Origin: Phyllobates terribilis | Taxonomy: Eukaryota | DNA length: 64,000 nt | Direction: 5' to 3' | Assembly: GCF_046119375.1 (NCBI RefSeq) | Contig: NW_027362762.1 | Coordinates: 454,832,001-454,896,000, forward strand | Shown here: positions 59,079-64,000 of the stretch, piece after piece | Numbering within the stretch: position 1 is the first letter of the stretch | Layout of the letters: each line of letters opens with the position of its first letter | Translations under genes and position numbers: made by a program | The notes under the pieces: generated by a model | What the model was told of the DNA's origin: nothing | Database searches by the model: none | Seen by the model: the letters and a program-made list of their open reading frames with translations, nothing else

Positions 59079-59649
59079 TAAAACTGAATAGTAGTGACGG
59101 ACAGGCACCTCACAAGCGGGATCCATGTAGCTCTCAGATGTCATGTAGGTAGGGCTTCATTCCATGGGGTAGGGCTTAATTTCAAGGTATATAAAAAAAA
59201 ATGGACTTCAAATAAAAATTAAATGAACACAAAAAGCACTAATTGAATTATTTTTTTTCGTATTTATGTTTGCAGCCCCTTTAAAAACCCTTTGAGGACC
59301 AAGGCACATATATGTCCCATAATTTTAAACTGGAAAAAAATTTGATTGAATAAAATTTAAGGTCCTCGAAGGTTTAAGTAGGTCATAAATTCATATGAAT
59401 ACTTGCTCATACAATTTCACATGCCTAAAGATGAAGAAGAACAGAATCAAAAATATGACATTAAGTGGAGCACTTACAGGTATTCAAGGTGAAAGAGACC
59501 AGCAAAGGCATCGTCTCGAATGACAGTAAATGAGATAGAATTCAGCAACCTGAAAATGAAGACAGCAGGTTAGAAGCGAACCAGACTTTATGGTGCTCAG
59601 AATTAGTCAAGCAGAATTTATTGACTGCTCTTGCAAAGCACTGAGACTC

Positions 59650-60500
59650 CCGCTGTGTATAGATGGCGCCGTGCGGCCTCCCGCTGTGTATAGATGGCTA
59701 TGTGCGGCCTCCCACTGTGTATAGATGGCGCCGTGCGGCCTCCCGCTGTGTATAGATGGCGCCGTGCGGCCTCCCGCTGTGTATAGATGGCGCCGTGCAG
59801 CCTCCCGCTGTGTATAGATGGCGCCGTATAGATGGCTACGTGCGGCCTCCTGCTGAGTATACGTGTATAGATGGCTACGTGCGGCCTCCTGCTGAGTATA
59901 GATGCCACACGGCGCCCCCCCCAGAGACAGCAGGAGGCCGCACAGCGCCATCTATACTCAGCGGGAGGCCGCACATAGCCATCTATACACAGCGGGAGGC
60001 CGCACGGCACCCCCCCCAGAGACAGCAGGAGGCCGCACAGCGCCATCTATACTCAGCGGGAGGCCGCACGTAGCCATCTATACACAGCGGGAGGCCGCAC
60101 GGCGCCCCCCCCAGAGACGGCAGGAGGCCGCACAGCGCAATCTATACTCAGCGGGAGGCCGCACGTAGCCATCTATACACAGCGGGAGGCCGCACGGCGC
60201 CCCCCCAAGAGACAGCAGGAGGCTGCACAGCGCCATCTATACTCAGCAGGAGGCCGCACGTAGCCATCTATACACAGCGGGGAGCCGCACGGCGCCATCT
60301 ATACATAGCGGTGGGCCTCACGGCGCCATCTAAACATAGCGGGGGGCTGCACGTAGCCATGTATACACAGCGGGGGGCCGCACGTAGCCATCTATACACA
60401 GTGGGGAGCCTCAAGTAGCCATCTGTACACAGCGGGGGGCCGCACGGCGCCCCCCCCAGATACAGCAGGAGGCCGCACGGCGCCAACTATACTCAGCAGG
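59650..60500. repeat. About 31-bp-based minisatellite in two opposed orientations
   Basis: CCGCTGTGTATAGATGGCGCCGTGCGGCCTC units to about 59905, then reverse-complement units. Confidence 0.85.
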
Positions 60501-60509
60501 AGGCCGCAC

Positions 60510-61122
60510 GCAGTCACGCACACACACAAACATATACAGACATATACATACACGCATAAACACATTTGAAACACAAAAATACATATAAACAGACATGACA
60601 CAATGATATCTGCCCACACACACACACACACATACAAACAGACATCACACAATGACATCTGCCCACACACACACAGACATCACACAATGACATCTGCCTA
60701 CACACACACATACACACACAAACAGACATCACACAATGACATCTGCCTACACACACACAAACAGACATCACACAATGACATCTGCCCACACACACACACA
60801 GACATCTGCCCACACACACACACACACAGACATCACACAATGACATCTGCCTACACACACACAAACAGACATCACACAATGACATCTGCCTACACACACA
60901 CAAACAGACATCACACAATGACATCTGCCTACACACACACAAACAGACATCACACAATGACATCTGCCCACACACACACAAACAGACATCACACAATGAC
61001 ATCTGCCCACACACACACAAACAGACATCACACAATGACATCTGCCCACACACACACAAACAGACATCACACAATGACATCTGCCCACACACACACACAC
61101 AGACATCACACAATGACATCTG

Positions 61123-61167
<45 letters not shown>

Positions 61168-61365
61168 CACACAATGACATCTGCCCACACACACACACAC
61201 ACAAACAGACATCACACAATGACATCTGCCCACACACACAGACATCACACAAACAGACATCACACAATGACATCTGCCTACACACACACACACATACACA
61301 ATGACATCTGCCCACACACATACACATCACACAATGACATCTGCCCACACACACACACACACTCA
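60510..61365. repeat. CA-rich minisatellite (ACAGACATCACACAATGACATCTGCC plus variable (CA)n)
   Basis: About 20 directly visible units. Confidence 0.92.
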
Positions 61366-61804
61366 CTCACCATCCCCTGGCTCGGCTCCAGTCCTCCTGG
61401 CTCCAGCTCCTCTCCCGTGGTAAGTAGCAGTGCAGGCCGGGCGCGCACTGCGTGACGTCACAGCTAGGAGACACGGCCGCGCACAGGGCCGTGTCTCCTA
61501 GCAGTGACGCGGCCGGGCCAGCACAGGGAAGTTAACTGCTGCAGTGCTGGCCCGGCCGATGAAGAAGTAGCGGCGGCTGCTGCTGGGGGAGCGGTACGGG
61601 GCCCCCCCTCCCGCCACTGCTACCGGTATGTGCCGCGGCGGCCCGCACATATAATGAGGGCAATCCGGCATTAGACACCCCGCCCGGAGCCGCGGACCCT
61701 CTGCAGGCTCGGGGCCCCGGGCGGTCGCCCGGATTGCCCTCATTATAATCCGCCTATGCTGACAAGGCACAAAGCTTCTGGGAGAATGTCCTTTGGACAG
61801 ATGA

Positions 61805-61993
<189 letters not shown>

Positions 61994-62524
61994 TGAAGAA
62001 ATTCTGGAGCAAAATGTGCTGCCCAGAATTAGAAAACTTGGTCTGAGTCGCAGGTCATTTGTCCTCCAGCAGGATAATGACCAAAATACAGCTAAAAACA
62101 TCCAATAATGATTAAGAGCAAAGCACTGGACTATTCTAAAGTGGCCTTCTATGAGCCCAGATCTAAATCCTATTAAACATCCGTGGATGGAGCTGAAACA
62201 TGTAGTCTGGAGAATGCACACTTCACACCTGGAGCAGTTTGCTCATGAAGAGGTGGCCAAAATACCTGTGGCAGAAGCCTCACTGAGAGTTACATACATT
62301 GTTTATAGTGATTGCCTCAAAAGGTTGCGCAACAAAATATTAAGTAAAGGGTACAATCATTTTTGTCTAGGCCATTTTCATTAGCTGTTTTTTTTATTTT
62401 CAGTTGCACAATTCAAAAGCAATGTCATGTTTCCATTAGCTGACATTCAGTAACTTTAAATTTACAATTACTTTTGTCAGTTTCAAGTTGTTTTAGTTAC
62501 CATTATGGATTTTGCTTATTTTAA

Positions 62525-62841
62525 AGGGGTTGTCCGGGACTTAAAATTAATGGTTTATCCTTAGTATTAAGTCATCAATGTCTGATCAGTCTGGGTGCAA
62601 CACCTGGCTCCCCTTCCGAAACTGCTCAGTTACAGAGCTGCACAGCTCCGTTGACAAAATAGTGGTCACGGCCGGGTACTGCACACCCACCTCTTATGGA
62701 TTTGAATAGGAGGCAGATGTGTAGTACCCGGCCACTATGCAGGCAATGGAGCTGTGCAACTCTGTAACTTAGCAGTTGCAGTTATCACTGACACCGAGAA
62801 CAGCTGATCGGCAGGGGTGCTAGGTGTCACGGACAACCCCT
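62525..62841. mobile_element. T2/Kolobok-type MITE in the Tc1 right arm
   Basis: TTAA|AGGGGTTGTCC...GGACAACCCCT; right TSD eroded. Confidence 0.75.
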
Positions 62842-63909
62842 AAGGGTACCATTAATTTTGTCCACGTCTGTACTGTTTCTTCCTCTTCCTTCTCTGTTAG
62901 CCAATACATTAGTGACTGCAGCACATATTTGGTAATTTTGTACAATGTATCAGCTCAGGAAGCATTGCAAAGACCTAATAGTAATGTAACTAATACTATG
63001 CTATGAGAAGGACTAAAGTTGTAAATCTGCAGATTGGGCAGCACTCCCAGAGATATTTTTTTCCATTAAAAGGAATCTATCATCTATTTTTTTTGCTCTG
63101 TAATCTGAGGATCTAACAATAGGCTAATCTCATCCAATTAAAATATCAAAACTTTATTACCTTAATTAAAAGGAAACAGTTCCCGGTTACATCCAATGAA
63201 AAAGATATATTGTAGCATTCGCTAGAAATAAATAACATATCCTATCACGATGCCACAAAAATACCCAGGGTTTTGAACAAGTGGGGAGAGAAGTGGAAAG
63301 AAAATCTAAATGCTTTTCCCTACACCTTTTCCCTAATGATACCCCTACCTTGCCACGGAGGTTGGCACCCCAATAATGCACGCATGTTGTGGCGCCCCCG
63401 CTCACCACCGACTTGCCCTTGTATACCCCAAATGGCCCTAGGTACTAAAGACCCCTTACAAGAAGAGAGATATAAACAACCAAAAGAAACAATCCCTAAT
63501 AGGCAAAAAAAAAATATATGCAGTAATAAAGTGACAGTGCAAAGGACAAGGTTGGTAGAACCACAATATATCCTACCATAAATGCGAAAGAAATCCCAAA
63601 TGATCCAATAGGAAGCACCAACATGAATAATCAATATCCATATATATAATATTATTAATACTCCAATGATATAGTAATAATACCACAATATATACCATTA
63701 CCAGGACATTACCAGGCATTACTGCCCTTACTGCTGTATGGGGTCCGGTGAGCAGCAGTACAGAGATGGGGCCCGGGTTCAGTCAGGGCCCCCCTCTTGT
63801 GCTTCTACTCACCAGGCCCCATGCTGTAACAGTGCAGAGCGCTTGGGCGCTGCCTTTGGCGGCGCACAACTCAGCGCTGAGTGCCTTACCGAAGCTCCGC
63901 AGCCACGCA

Positions 63910-63997
63910 GCTCCCTCATACTTCTCCTGACTTCTGGTCAGGTGACAGTGCTTACGTGCCGTCACCTTACCAGAAGTCAGGAGAAGTATGAGGGAGC
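63910..63997. repeat. Near-perfect hairpin (29-bp arms), likely a MITE centre
   Basis: GCTCCCTCATACTTCTCCTGACTTCTGGT ... ACCAGAAGTCAGGAGAAGTATGAGGGAGC. Confidence 0.8.
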
Positions 63998-64000
63998 AGG

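Larger units (their letters stand above)
57725..61758. mobile_element. Non-autonomous hAT element (4.0 kb) with nested MITEs and minisatellites
   Basis: 8-bp TSD CTGACAAG at 57717-57724 and 61759-61766; termini CAGGGGTGGATTA / TAATCCGCCTATG; the Tc1 ORF rejoins across it. Confidence 0.88.

Noticed and set aside
59475-59530. Possible short host exon (CAG|GTATTCAAGGTGAAAGAG..GACA|GTAAAT)
   Set aside because: It lies inside a hAT non-autonomous element, has a weak pyrimidine tract, and no recognisable protein or partner exons.
63320-63688. Hydrophobic 122-aa ORF suggesting a membrane protein
   Set aside because: It is the reverse translation of AT-rich low-complexity sequence, with no motif or splice support.

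Overview
Vertebrate genomic DNA made almost entirely of nested transposable elements. The repeat families look amphibian/frog-like (inference). I found no convincing host gene, rRNA, tRNA gene or CRISPR array. Left third: a stack of non-chromoviral Ty3/gypsy elements with PNMA-like Gag, 4-bp TSDs and tRNA-Ser primers. Into a dead gag-pol element (A) is inserted a complete non-autonomous LTR element (B, 958-8498, TSD ATTG). B has no gag or pol; it carries one intact ~404-aa ORF ending in a cold-shock (Y-box/Lin28/CspA-like) domain. B shares a structured 3' module with a neighbouring gag-pol element (D). The four LTR types of this group that retain U5 (A-D) carry a conserved hairpin plus an internal copy of a PBS; where the true PBS survives (A, B) the internal copy matches it. 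Centre: a near-intact chromovirus (Tf1/sushi group, 33336-39944) with a GGGAAAC -1 frameshift pseudoknot and a self-priming PBS. Remainder: two fragmented LINE-1s, Penelope-like fragments with a minimal hammerhead ribozyme, three Tc1/mariner families (DD38E, DD37E foldback, DD34E), piggyBac and hAT remnants, MITEs and minisatellites. Much of this appears to be nested inside one old Tc1 element stretched over ~41.7 kb. All alignments, counts and identities were done by eye; no database searches were run.
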